A stretch of 24,418 nt of DNA, taken from IMG/VR virus record IMGVR_UViG_3300030207_001179, positions 1 through 24,418 of that record; one strand, given 5' to 3'. The DNA comes from a virus. Taxonomy: Duplodnaviria; Caudoviricetes. The position numbers were made by a program, and so were the translations under genes. Positions 17,018 through 24,418 of the stretch are shown here, one piece after another; position 1 is the first letter of the stretch; every line of letters begins with the position of its first letter. The notes beneath the pieces are model-generated. The model was not told where the DNA came from, ran no database searches, and was given only the letters and a program-made list of their open reading frames with translations.

Positions 17018-19506
17018 TGCCACAACATACAGATGTAAAATTACAAAACACAGACGGCAGTTCAAATCCTGTAGAACTTACTTTATGGAAGGATAGTCCT
17101 AGTCTCCCAGGTGGTTATTCTTTAGGCAACAAGGCTTTCTTACCCCCTAGACAACCGACAGATGATGCGAACTACCAACAGGTAGATCCTAATGCCTCTA
17201 TGACGTACGACCTTACTTCTTTCCACAGAGGTTTCGGTCAAGGAGAAGATAGAAGTTTTGGTAAAGACAATAGGTATGGGTACTCTGACGGTGTGTTAGC
17301 AAACTTCAAAGGTGAGTTAACTTTAGGTTATGCACAAGAAGAAGTAGATATGATTATTAGAAATGGTAGATTTGAAGATACTGAAATCAACCAATGGACT
17401 GCAACTAACGTAACACCAGTTAGAAGTACATCTGATCCTAGATCAGGTGATGCCTCTCTACAAGTAACAGTTGGTTCTAACAATGGTACTCTGGTTCAAT
17501 CGTTTGTTGCTAAGTCAGCAGCAGCTTTGAATGGGCAGAACTATCAAGTCTTAGCATATGTAAAGAGAGTATCTGGTAGTGGTAGTTGTACACTTACTAC
17601 AACTAATGGTTCTGGTAGTGACAACTCATCTACGAGTACATCTTATTCTTTGATAGAAATACAAGGCACAGCAGCTAGCGCTGGTACTTCAATAACACTT
17701 ACGTTTAGTACGGCATCAGATGTGTGGCAAGTAGATGATATATGTGTAATTCCTGCAGGTGGTGTATCTTTCCCTGTACCTCCAGTCAACTTTGAAGGAT
17801 ACCTATATGCAATATGTGGACAGACACTTTTGTTTTGGAATGAAAGTAGAAAGGCATTTGATGTAGGTTATTACTTTGATAGAGTAATGTCTACGATAGA
17901 AGTCTTTGATGGTAAGTTGTTGGTAGGCAGTGACAATATAGATGGCAGTAGTAACTATAAATATTTTTACATAACAGTTGGTGGTAATCCAGCAAGTACA
18001 ACTATTACTGTAAACACAGTAACAAGTTCAAGTGCATCTGTAGCAAGAGCACAGTTCTTCGTAAAGGCTAGGAACGCCAACGGAGATTATGCAATAGCAA
18101 AAGTATATTCTAATAAGGTTTCATTCCTAGTTGATCCAGCCGTTAGTTCGCCTGTATGGGGTGGAGAACTAGAGGTAGGTAAGTCAGATAGAAATGTAAC
18201 CAATGCATTCTCAGCTAATGACACCTTGGTAGTTGGTAAAGAAGATGGCTTGTTTGTTTATGATAGAAACTTCAACCAGTTTAAAGATGTATCTCCAGAG
18301 GCTAACCTATTCACTGGTAGTAATAATTTCAAGAGAGCAATTGCAAGGGCAGGTAGAATATTTGCAACATCTGGAGACAGAGCATTCTGGTCTATACCTT
18401 TTCTTGTAGAGGGTAACCAGTGGGAAGATATATCTTACTTACTAAAGGCAACCAGTTTTATTGGTTTTGGTGGTAGAGTTACATCAATAGCACAAGATGT
18501 AAATAATATATTTGTTACCATAGCAGACGATCTAAAACCAAGTACACAGTTGTTTCCATATTCATTCCCTTTTGATTTTAGTACACAGGGTATTTCCCAG
18601 AAGATATATTTAGTTGGAATAAAAAACCAGAAAGAACCTAACGAGTCTGGGCCAGAAACAGTTGCACATACTATTACGTCTTTAGATATGACAGAGTGTA
18701 ATCAACTGGCAAGGTATAAAGATAATGCTAGTACATCAACAGGTATATCTAATACATTTGCTTTTGGTACATTTACTAACGATGACACAAGTGGATCTAA
18801 CGATCAAGAACCTAGAATAACTAGGTTAGTTATGCCACTAGAAAATGAACATCCTAGTTTGGTTGGTAGTAGACAGATAAGAACATCTGGTGAGTTTTAT
18901 ACATCCTTCATGGACTTTAATTTCCCAGACCAAGAGAAGTCTTTAGTGAAGGTTGCATTCCTTACAAAGAACGTAGACTCAGATAGTACAGTAAAACTTG
19001 AATATAAAATAGACGATACAACTGACGATGATGACCAGGGTTGGACTACCATAGGAACTATTAGTTCTTCTGGACACCAAGTATTAACTCCATCACTAAC
19101 AAGTCCAGTTGCATTCAAACGTATTAGATTTAAATTAACTTTGGTTACTGGTAATAGAACAGACCAAGGCCCAAGGATATTGAGCATGGTAGTACATTCT
19201 ATTTTCAACCCAGTAGATTTCCTTAGTTGGAATTTACAATCAAAGTTATTAGATGCTAGACTTACAGGTAGAAGGTTAAGACAAGTTAATGATACGCAAG
19301 TATTAAGTTCTGTCTTGAGCAACTTAGATACCTTGAGACAACAGGCATTTATTTTGTATACAGATCTTGATGGTACACAGTACCGTGCAAGAATAACAAA
19401 CAGAACTTTAGTACCTTTAGATAGAGATCGTAGGTTTATTAGTGGAGCTGCGACAGAAAGGTCTTATTTACTATCACTAACATTGAATGAGGTGAAAACA
19501 AGTTAA
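17017..19506 (+). CDS. Putative tail nozzle / tubular protein B-like protein with CBM_4_9-like insert
   Basis: 829 aa; beta-propeller-like blades (TLVVGKEDGLFVY, GRIFATS, NNIFVTI), C-terminal GEFYTSFMDFNFPDQEKSL and RIRFKLTL; insert IIRNGRFE...SGDASLQV...VDDICVIP. Confidence 0.6.
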   Translation: MPQHTDVKLQNTDGSSNPVELTLWKDSPSLPGGYSLGNKAFLPPRQPTDDANYQQVDPNASMTYDLTSFHRGFGQGEDRSFGKDNRYGYSDGVLANFKGELTLGYAQEEVDMIIRNGRFEDTEINQWTATNVTPVRSTSDPRSGDASLQVTVGSNNGTLVQSFVAKSAAALNGQNYQVLAYVKRVSGSGSCTLTTTNGSGSDNSSTSTSYSLIEIQGTAASAGTSITLTFSTASDVWQVDDICVIPAGGVSFPVPPVNFEGYLYAICGQTLLFWNESRKAFDVGYYFDRVMSTIEVFDGKLLVGSDNIDGSSNYKYFYITVGGNPASTTITVNTVTSSSASVARAQFFVKARNANGDYAIAKVYSNKVSFLVDPAVSSPVWGGELEVGKSDRNVTNAFSANDTLVVGKEDGLFVYDRNFNQFKDVSPEANLFTGSNNFKRAIARAGRIFATSGDRAFWSIPFLVEGNQWEDISYLLKATSFIGFGGRVTSIAQDVNNIFVTIADDLKPSTQLFPYSFPFDFSTQGISQKIYLVGIKNQKEPNESGPETVAHTITSLDMTECNQLARYKDNASTSTGISNTFAFGTFTNDDTSGSNDQEPRITRLVMPLENEHPSLVGSRQIRTSGEFYTSFMDFNFPDQEKSLVKVAFLTKNVDSDSTVKLEYKIDDTTDDDDQGWTTIGTISSSGHQVLTPSLTSPVAFKRIRFKLTLVTGNRTDQGPRILSMVVHSIFNPVDFLSWNLQSKLLDARLTGRRLRQVNDTQVLSSVLSNLDTLRQQAFILYTDLDGTQYRARITNRTLVPLDRDRRFISGAATERSYLLSLTLNEVKTS

Positions 19507-21503
19507 TGGCAAATGAATTTAAACACGCATCAGTTGGAACAGAGTTAACACAGGCAGAGTACGAAGGTACTGCATCGCACGTCTTAGACTCTCAAGCAGC
19601 TGGAGATATTATATATGCTAGTTCTACCACCCAGTTATCAAGACTTGGTATAGGTACAGCTGGTAAAGTGTTACAGGTAAACTCAGGGGCATCTGCACCA
19701 GAGTGGACAGCTGCACTTACTGGAGTAACATCTATACATGCAACTGATTTGATTATAGGTGAAGACTCACAAACTGCTATAGACTTTGGAACTCCAAACG
19801 AAATAGATTTCAAAGTAGACAATGCAAACAGACTTACTCTTACAACTGGTGCTTTGTATCCAGAAACTGATAACCAAATAGACTTAGGTACAAGTTCTTT
19901 AGAATTTAAGGATGCTTACTTTGATGGCACTGTAACATCAGATGCCTTTGCTGGCCCTCTTACTGGTGATGTAACAGGTACAGCTACTAATGCAACTCAT
20001 GTAACTGTTGCAGACAACGAAAGCACTGATGAAAATAATCTAATTCCATTTATAGAAGATACTTCTGCAACTGGAAATGTAGGACTAGAATCTGATGGAG
20101 ACTTTCATTACAATCCTAGTTCTGGTACTGTTACTGCTACAACATTTGTTGGTAATTTAACTGGTACTGCTTCATTAGCAACTACAGTAACTATAACTGA
20201 CAATGAATCAACTAATGAGGATAATGCTATTATCTTTACAGCAGGGGGAGACGTTGACGGTGGTAATCTTGGGTTAGAGTCAGATGGCACTTTGACTTAT
20301 AACCCTAGTACAGGAAAGATTACAGCAACTGGTTTTATAGGTGCGTTAACTGGTGATGTTACTGGAGATGTAACTGGTAATGCAGACACAGCGACAGCAC
20401 TAGCAACGGCTAGAACAATTGGTGGAGTATCTTTCAATGGAACTGCTAATATAAATCTTCCTGGTGTAAATACAGCAGGTAACCAAAATACTTCTGGAAC
20501 GGCAGCTGTAGCTACTACTGTAACAATTACAGATAACGAATCTACAAATGAAGACAATGCAATTGTGTTTACTTCTGGTGGAGATGTAGATGGTGGAAAC
20601 ATAGGTTTAGAATCTGACGGTACATTAACATATAATCCAAGTACAGGCAGTATAACTGCTACTGGATTTATTGGGGCATTGACAGGTAACGCTAGTACAG
20701 CAACTGCATTGGCAACAGCAAGAGCAATAAATGGTGTAAATTTTGATGGTACTGGTGCTATTACTGTACCAGCAGCTGGTTCTACTCTTAGCGATACAGT
20801 TCCTGTAAGTAAAGGTGGAACTAATGCTACTTCACTTGCAGATAAAGCTGTACTTATTACTCAAGATTCAGGTACTGATACTGTAGCAGCAGCAGCAATG
20901 TCAACAAATGGTCAGTTGCTTATTGGTGGAACTGATGGACCAGCGGTAACTACTCTTACAGCAGGAACTAATATGACAGTTACTAATGGTAATGGTTCAA
21001 TAACTCTTGCAGCGGCGTCTGGTGGGATTGAAAAAGCAGTTATATATAGACTGACTAGCAGTTTTACAGGAGATGCTGATCCAATTTCTTCAAACCTTGC
21101 AAAAGATAATACTCGTGGAGATAGTACACTTGGTGATAGTTTGGTATTAAATGAAAGTAGTGGAGTGTTTGATTTTGCAGGACCATCTAGTAATGGACCT
21201 GGCACAGGAACTTATTTAATACAAGCACACGCATTATTTGGGAATGGTGCTGCCGACCCTGAAACTAACCTAATGATAGAAGTAGCAACTGATGGAAGTA
21301 CATTTGAGCAAGCTAGCACTTCACAAGGTAGTGTTTACAATAGTAGTGCAAGGTCTGTGTTGACTGCTAGTTATATTTTTCAAGTAACTAATACTTCTAA
21401 CGATAAAGTGCAATTTAAAATTAGTGGTAATAGTGGAAGTAACACTATTTTTGGAGACTCAAATATAAACTATACATACTTTACATTTATAAAATTAGCC
21501 TAG
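19506..21503 (+). CDS. Tail fibre protein
   Basis: 665 aa, T/G/A-rich; GDIIYASSTTQLSRLGIGTAGKVLQV, VPVSKGGTNA and two ATALATARxIxGVxFxGT fibre motifs; beta-rich C-terminal tip domain. Confidence 0.88.
   Translation: MANEFKHASVGTELTQAEYEGTASHVLDSQAAGDIIYASSTTQLSRLGIGTAGKVLQVNSGASAPEWTAALTGVTSIHATDLIIGEDSQTAIDFGTPNEIDFKVDNANRLTLTTGALYPETDNQIDLGTSSLEFKDAYFDGTVTSDAFAGPLTGDVTGTATNATHVTVADNESTDENNLIPFIEDTSATGNVGLESDGDFHYNPSSGTVTATTFVGNLTGTASLATTVTITDNESTNEDNAIIFTAGGDVDGGNLGLESDGTLTYNPSTGKITATGFIGALTGDVTGDVTGNADTATALATARTIGGVSFNGTANINLPGVNTAGNQNTSGTAAVATTVTITDNESTNEDNAIVFTSGGDVDGGNIGLESDGTLTYNPSTGSITATGFIGALTGNASTATALATARAINGVNFDGTGAITVPAAGSTLSDTVPVSKGGTNATSLADKAVLITQDSGTDTVAAAAMSTNGQLLIGGTDGPAVTTLTAGTNMTVTNGNGSITLAAASGGIEKAVIYRLTSSFTGDADPISSNLAKDNTRGDSTLGDSLVLNESSGVFDFAGPSSNGPGTGTYLIQAHALFGNGAADPETNLMIEVATDGSTFEQASTSQGSVYNSSARSVLTASYIFQVTNTSNDKVQFKISGNSGSNTIFGDSNINYTYFTFIKLA
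19998..20687 (+). repeat. Three ~56-58-aa modules (DNEST...GLESDG...YNPS...TAT.F.G.LTG) in the tail fibre
   Basis: Copies at 19998-20165, 20181-20354 and 20514-20687; copies 2 and 3 share 54 of 58 residues. Confidence 0.92.
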
Positions 21504-21515
21504 GAGGAATGTAAC

Positions 21516-21854
21516 ATGGATATGACAACAGGTAGACCGAATCATATTGAAGATGTTCTTATAACATTAAATGCAGGACAATGGTTTAGTTGGTCAGATA
21601 GCTCAAATAAAGTTTATGCAAACTTAACAGTTGCTAGTGGTCACAGTAAACCAACAGAGTCAACTTTGACTACAAAGTTAGCCGAACTACAAGCAGCTTG
21701 GGATACAGAAAATGCTGCATATAGACTCAATAGGAAAGCAGAATACCCTAGTATTGGTGACCAATTAGATATGCAATACCATGACGCGGTCAATGGTACA
21801 TCTACCTGGAGAGATGCTATTGCAGCAGTAAAGAGTAAGTATGCAAAATCATAA
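21516..21854 (+). CDS. Tail fibre-associated (assembly/chaperone-like) protein
   Basis: SD AGGAGG; follows the fibre gene. C-terminal RKAEYPSIGDQLDMQYHD...WRDAIAAVKSKY is a motif I recall next to fibre genes in marine phages. Confidence 0.65.
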   Translation: MDMTTGRPNHIEDVLITLNAGQWFSWSDSSNKVYANLTVASGHSKPTESTLTTKLAELQAAWDTENAAYRLNRKAEYPSIGDQLDMQYHDAVNGTSTWRDAIAAVKSKYAKS

Positions 21855-21893
21855 TAATGGGTTATGATTATATAAAATATTAAGGAGATAAAA

Positions 21894-22064
21894 ATGGATC
21901 AAGAAAATTTAGGAACAATAACTATGGATGATGTACTTTTGTTATGCAAACTTAATAAAGTTTTTGAATCACAGTTAATTCTAATAGCACAATCAAGAAT
22001 GAATACACAAGAGAAAGGAGAAAAAAATGCCTTATCACACAACAAAGAAGAAGAAAAAAAGTAA
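21894..22064 (+). CDS. Small hypothetical protein (56 aa), not in the ORF track
   Basis: AAGGAG SD then ATG; MDQENLGTITMDDVLLLCKLNKVFESQLILIAQSRMNTQEKGEKNALSHNKEEEKK. Confidence 0.7.
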   Translation: MDQENLGTITMDDVLLLCKLNKVFESQLILIAQSRMNTQEKGEKNALSHNKEEEKK

Positions 22065-22122
22065 CGGAATGAGAAAAAAGGGAATGGGGATGAAGTCTAA
22101 ACCAAAGAAAAAGAAATACTAA
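22027..22122 (+). CDS. Lys-rich microprotein (31 aa), not in the ORF track
   Basis: AAGGAG SD 6 nt before ATG; MPYHTTKKKKKSNGMRKKGMGMKSKPKKKKY; 14 K/R, no D/E. Confidence 0.7.
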   Translation: MPYHTTKKKKKSNGMRKKGMGMKSKPKKKKY

Positions 22123-22123
22123 T

Positions 22124-22297
22124 ATGAAAGTAAAGAATGTAAACATAGACTCTTTGAGTAAAAGGCAACAGGCTTCTATGAAAAGACACGGCAAACACCA
22201 TACTGCTAAACATCTTAGAGAGATGGTGAAGTCTATGAATAGAGGTAGAACTTTTACGCAGTCTCATAAATCTGCTATGAGAAAAGTAGGAAAGTGA
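22124..22297 (+). CDS. Basic His/Met-rich small protein (57 aa), not in the ORF track
   Basis: Starts 1 nt after the previous stop; MKVKNVNIDSLSKRQQASMKRHGKHHTAKHLREMVKSMNRGRTFTQSHKSAMRKVGK. Confidence 0.8.
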   Translation: MKVKNVNIDSLSKRQQASMKRHGKHHTAKHLREMVKSMNRGRTFTQSHKSAMRKVGK

Positions 22298-22371
22298 TAG
22301 GTGATAGAGTGTTTAGTTTTATATTGTTTATAGCAATGCTAATCACTTTATTATTTATAGGAGAAATGTAA
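22294..22371 (+). CDS. Putative single-pass membrane micropeptide (25 aa), not in the ORF track
   Basis: GTG overlaps the upstream TGA (GTGA) and its TAA overlaps the next ATG (TAATG); MIGDRVFSFILFIAMLITLLFIGEM. Confidence 0.55.
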   Translation: MIGDRVFSFILFIAMLITLLFIGEM

Positions 22372-22562
22372 TGGCTACTAAAAAGAAAAGAAAATCAACA
22401 GTCAATCAAGCAGGTAATTATACTAAACCTACTATGAGGAAACGATTGTTTCAGAGAATAAAAGCAGGTAGTAAAGGTGGTGCTAGAGGGCAATGGTCTG
22501 CTCGTAAAGCTCAGATGTTGGCTAAACAATACAAAGCAAAAGGTGGAGGATACAGAAACTAA
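22371..22562 (+). CDS. Small basic protein resembling the N-terminal half of DUF5872
   Basis: NYTKPTMRKRLF...GSKGGARGQWSARKAQMLAKQYKAKGGGY; 19 K/R, no D/E. Family assignment is from memory. Confidence 0.75.
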   Translation: MATKKKRKSTVNQAGNYTKPTMRKRLFQRIKAGSKGGARGQWSARKAQMLAKQYKAKGGGYRN

Positions 22563-22681
22563 TGCCAAAAGGAAAAAAGGGATACTCTGCTAAACAAAAA
22601 AGAATAGCAAGAGTAGCACCACCAAGAAATAAAATAACTGGTGCAGATTTTAAAAAACTAAAACGAGGTAGACGCAAGTAA
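22562..22681 (+). CDS. Basic microprotein (39 aa), not in the ORF track
   Basis: TAATG overlaps at both ends; MPKGKKGYSAKQKRIARVAPPRNKITGADFKKLKRGRRK; 16 K/R. Confidence 0.8.
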   Translation: MPKGKKGYSAKQKRIARVAPPRNKITGADFKKLKRGRRK

Positions 22682-22923
22682 TGGCTAAGACCAAACGTCA
22701 ACAATCTTTAACTAAGTGGACTAAACAGAAGTGGGATTACGTTTCACCTGGGGATAAGAAAAAACCTAAAGGTAAACGTGGTAGGTATTTACCTGCTAGT
22801 GTTCGTGCTAGTCTAAGTCCAGGAGAAAAGGCAGCTACTAACAGGAAGAAAAGGAAAGCTGGTGGTGTAGGTAGTAGGGCAAAGTATTCAAAGAAAATAG
22901 CAAAGGGTGTAAGGAGTGCTTAA
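22681..22923 (+). CDS. Small basic protein resembling the C-terminal half of DUF5872
   Basis: QQSLTKWTKQKW...RYLP...LSPGEKAATNRKKR; 26 K/R in 80 aa. Family assignment is from memory. Confidence 0.75.
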   Translation: MAKTKRQQSLTKWTKQKWDYVSPGDKKKPKGKRGRYLPASVRASLSPGEKAATNRKKRKAGGVGSRAKYSKKIAKGVRSA

Positions 22924-23198
22924 TGGTAGCAAAGAAATATCAAAATCCTAAAGGTGGGTTGAATGCAGCAGGTAGGGCATACTTCAAAAGAAAAGAAGGA
23001 TCTAATCTAAAGAGACCACTGAAGTCTGGTACATCACCTAGACGTGTAAGTTTTGCCGCTAGGTTTGGTGGCATGAAAGGTCCTATGAAAGATAGTAAAG
23101 GTAGACCTACTAGAAAGGCATTAGCATTGAGAGCTTGGGGGTTTAGAAGTCCTGAGTCTGCTAGAAACTTTGCTAAAAGACACAAAAAAAAGAAATAA
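22923..23198 (+). CDS. Small basic protein (DUF6321-like)
   Basis: NPKGGLNAAGRAY...NLKRP...RRVSFAARFGGM...ALRAWG; 28 K/R in 91 aa. Family assignment is from memory. Confidence 0.7.
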   Translation: MVAKKYQNPKGGLNAAGRAYFKRKEGSNLKRPLKSGTSPRRVSFAARFGGMKGPMKDSKGRPTRKALALRAWGFRSPESARNFAKRHKKKK

Positions 23199-23201
23199 TA
23201 T

Positions 23202-23486
23202 ATGGTAGATAAATCTCAAAAAGATATTAAAGAGAAAGATGGGAATGTAAATCTAACTGGAACACAGTTGATTACCTTCCTTATTTTTTTCCCAATCGTA
23301 GTAGTGTGGTTGTTCCTCGCTGCTAGAATAGTTTGGAGTGCATCAAGTAATCCTGAGACCCTAGATTCTATTGAGGGATTACTAACAGCTTTGGCAGTCT
23401 TGTCGTTGCCAGTCGCTGGTGGACTATCAGAAATACTTAGGGCATATGCTGCTGAGGTAACAGACAAGAAAAAAGGAGATGACTGA
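23202..23486 (+). CDS. Holin-like membrane protein with two predicted TM segments
   Basis: Hydrophobic LITFLIFFPIVVVWLFLAARIVW and GLLTALAVLSLPVAGGL; charged termini; 94 aa. Confidence 0.5.
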   Translation: MVDKSQKDIKEKDGNVNLTGTQLITFLIFFPIVVVWLFLAARIVWSASSNPETLDSIEGLLTALAVLSLPVAGGLSEILRAYAAEVTDKKKGDD

Positions 23487-24364
23487 TGAAGATAACATTC
23501 AAGTCAAAAACATTTCGTTTTCCTAAAATCTACATACCAAAGATTAGGGCAAAGCTCAGTCTGCCAGTATTGCAGATGGCTATACCACGAATTACTACGA
23601 AGTTAGGTTTAGGAGATAACTTCAGAAAAATAATGGGCATATCGTTGTCCTTAGCAGGTTTGATAATAGTAGGTTCTGTTTATTTTGCTATTGCAGGAGT
23701 AAATCAAGCACCAGTATTTCCACAGTCTGCAACATACGATATGAACGAAAACACAACTAACGTCCCAGTAGGTAACGAGGGATCGGAACTAACACAGACC
23801 TTAGCCTTGAATATAGGTGGTGCTAGGATAGAGTCAATTATTATTGATGACATCAACGTAGGTAGTACAACTATTACCGACTCACTAAAGATATTCGCAA
23901 CAGGCGCTCATTGGATAGAGGTAGATGAATTACTGATAGACAATCTTACTGCACCTGACTTTGTGCTAGGCTCAAGTGAGATCTATGAGTTAGTCGTAAA
24001 AGACAACAAAGCAGATGGTAATTCGTTTAGTCCAACTTTGACTAATGGGATAGCAGATATTACATTGGCATCTACTCGTGGTGCAATAGACCTGCCCGCA
24101 GTTACAGGTTCAGATTATGACCGAATAGTCATCAACACGAGTGGTGCTAATGCACAGATAGGCAAGTTACACATCAAGAACTTGAAGGCGTATGATGAAG
24201 GCATTGTTCTAAACAACTTGAAGGTTGGTAAGTTAACAATACAAAACTCTTCAATTGGAGATGGCGATGGGATTGACTCCGCAGATTTTATTATTCAATC
24301 AGATACTAAGATCGCACAGTCTACATTGACCAACAATGCAGAAGTACCGATTAGCGTAAAGTAG
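23486..24364 (+). CDS. Membrane-anchored protein with probable beta-solenoid external domain
   Basis: TGATG-coupled; basic Pro-periodic N-terminus, TM segment IMGISLSLAGLIIVGSVYFAIAGV, then repeated I/V-x-x-L-x-I-x-N strands. Confidence 0.6.
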   Translation: MKITFKSKTFRFPKIYIPKIRAKLSLPVLQMAIPRITTKLGLGDNFRKIMGISLSLAGLIIVGSVYFAIAGVNQAPVFPQSATYDMNENTTNVPVGNEGSELTQTLALNIGGARIESIIIDDINVGSTTITDSLKIFATGAHWIEVDELLIDNLTAPDFVLGSSEIYELVVKDNKADGNSFSPTLTNGIADITLASTRGAIDLPAVTGSDYDRIVINTSGANAQIGKLHIKNLKAYDEGIVLNNLKVGKLTIQNSSIGDGDGIDSADFIIQSDTKIAQSTLTNNAEVPISVK

Positions 24365-24371
24365 TTTTATT

Positions 24372-24418
24372 ATGATGGGTAAACTAAGACCACAGATATT
24401 TCTAGCGATAATTGTCCT
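24372..24418 (+). CDS. Partial small membrane protein (truncated by window edge)
   Basis: ATG 7 nt after the previous stop; MMGKLRPQIFLAIIV... has a basic start followed by a hydrophobic run. Confidence 0.5.
   Translation, partial: MMGKLRPQIFLAIIV

Larger units (their letters stand above)
1..24418 (+). mobile_element. Tailed dsDNA phage (Caudoviricetes, podovirus-like) packaging, structural and lysis region
   Basis: Recognisable TerL followed by portal-, scaffold-, capsid- and tail fibre-like ORFs, all co-oriented and tightly packed. No host housekeeping genes or integrase, so free phage versus prophage cannot be decided. Confidence 0.95.

Noticed and set aside
20181-20687. Diversity-generating retroelement template/variable repeat pair
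   Set aside because: Differences are synonymous third-position changes of all base types rather than adenine-specific, both copies are in-frame coding, and no reverse transcriptase is present.
22018-22030. Programmed frameshift at the A7 run fusing the 56-aa and 31-aa ORFs
   Set aside because: It would need a +1/-2 shift; independent initiation from the AAGGAG SD is simpler.
943-23467. Minus-strand ORFs in the track (e.g. 12433-12924, 18897-19322, 7090-7431, 14598-14933, 21952-22194)
   Set aside because: All lie antisense to coherent + strand genes, lack recognisable motifs, and look like codon-bias shadows.
1-24418. tRNA, rRNA, integrase, intron/intein or alternative genetic code
   Set aside because: Intergenic gaps outside 1-328 are too short, no cloverleaf or splicing motifs were seen, and long ORFs with TAA, TAG and TGA stops fit the standard code.

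Overview
The whole window is the packaging, virion-morphogenesis and probable lysis region of an AT-rich tailed dsDNA phage with a podovirus-like layout (no tail tube, sheath or tape-measure gene is recognisable). Every credible gene is on the + strand, and many are translationally coupled by TAATG overlaps. Order: a ~330-bp non-coding repeat and AT-rich region, putative small terminase, large terminase, portal, a small ORF, two large putative internal (ejection) proteins, scaffold, major capsid protein, small head-associated ORFs (one with a C2H2 zinc finger), adaptor-like and nozzle-like tail proteins with carbohydrate-binding-like inserts, a repeat-containing tail fibre and its partner. Next comes a dense cassette of six very small Lys/Arg-rich proteins plus a 25-aa membrane peptide, four of these seven ORFs being absent from the supplied track, and then a membrane-protein (holin-like) block running off the right edge. 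Most notable: the coupled polycationic microprotein cassette, a large terminase with non-canonical Walker A and Walker B residues, an iteron-like repeat plus AT tract upstream of the terminase genes, and protein repeats that appear heavily recoded at synonymous sites. All calls come from motif reading and gene order; no database searches were run.
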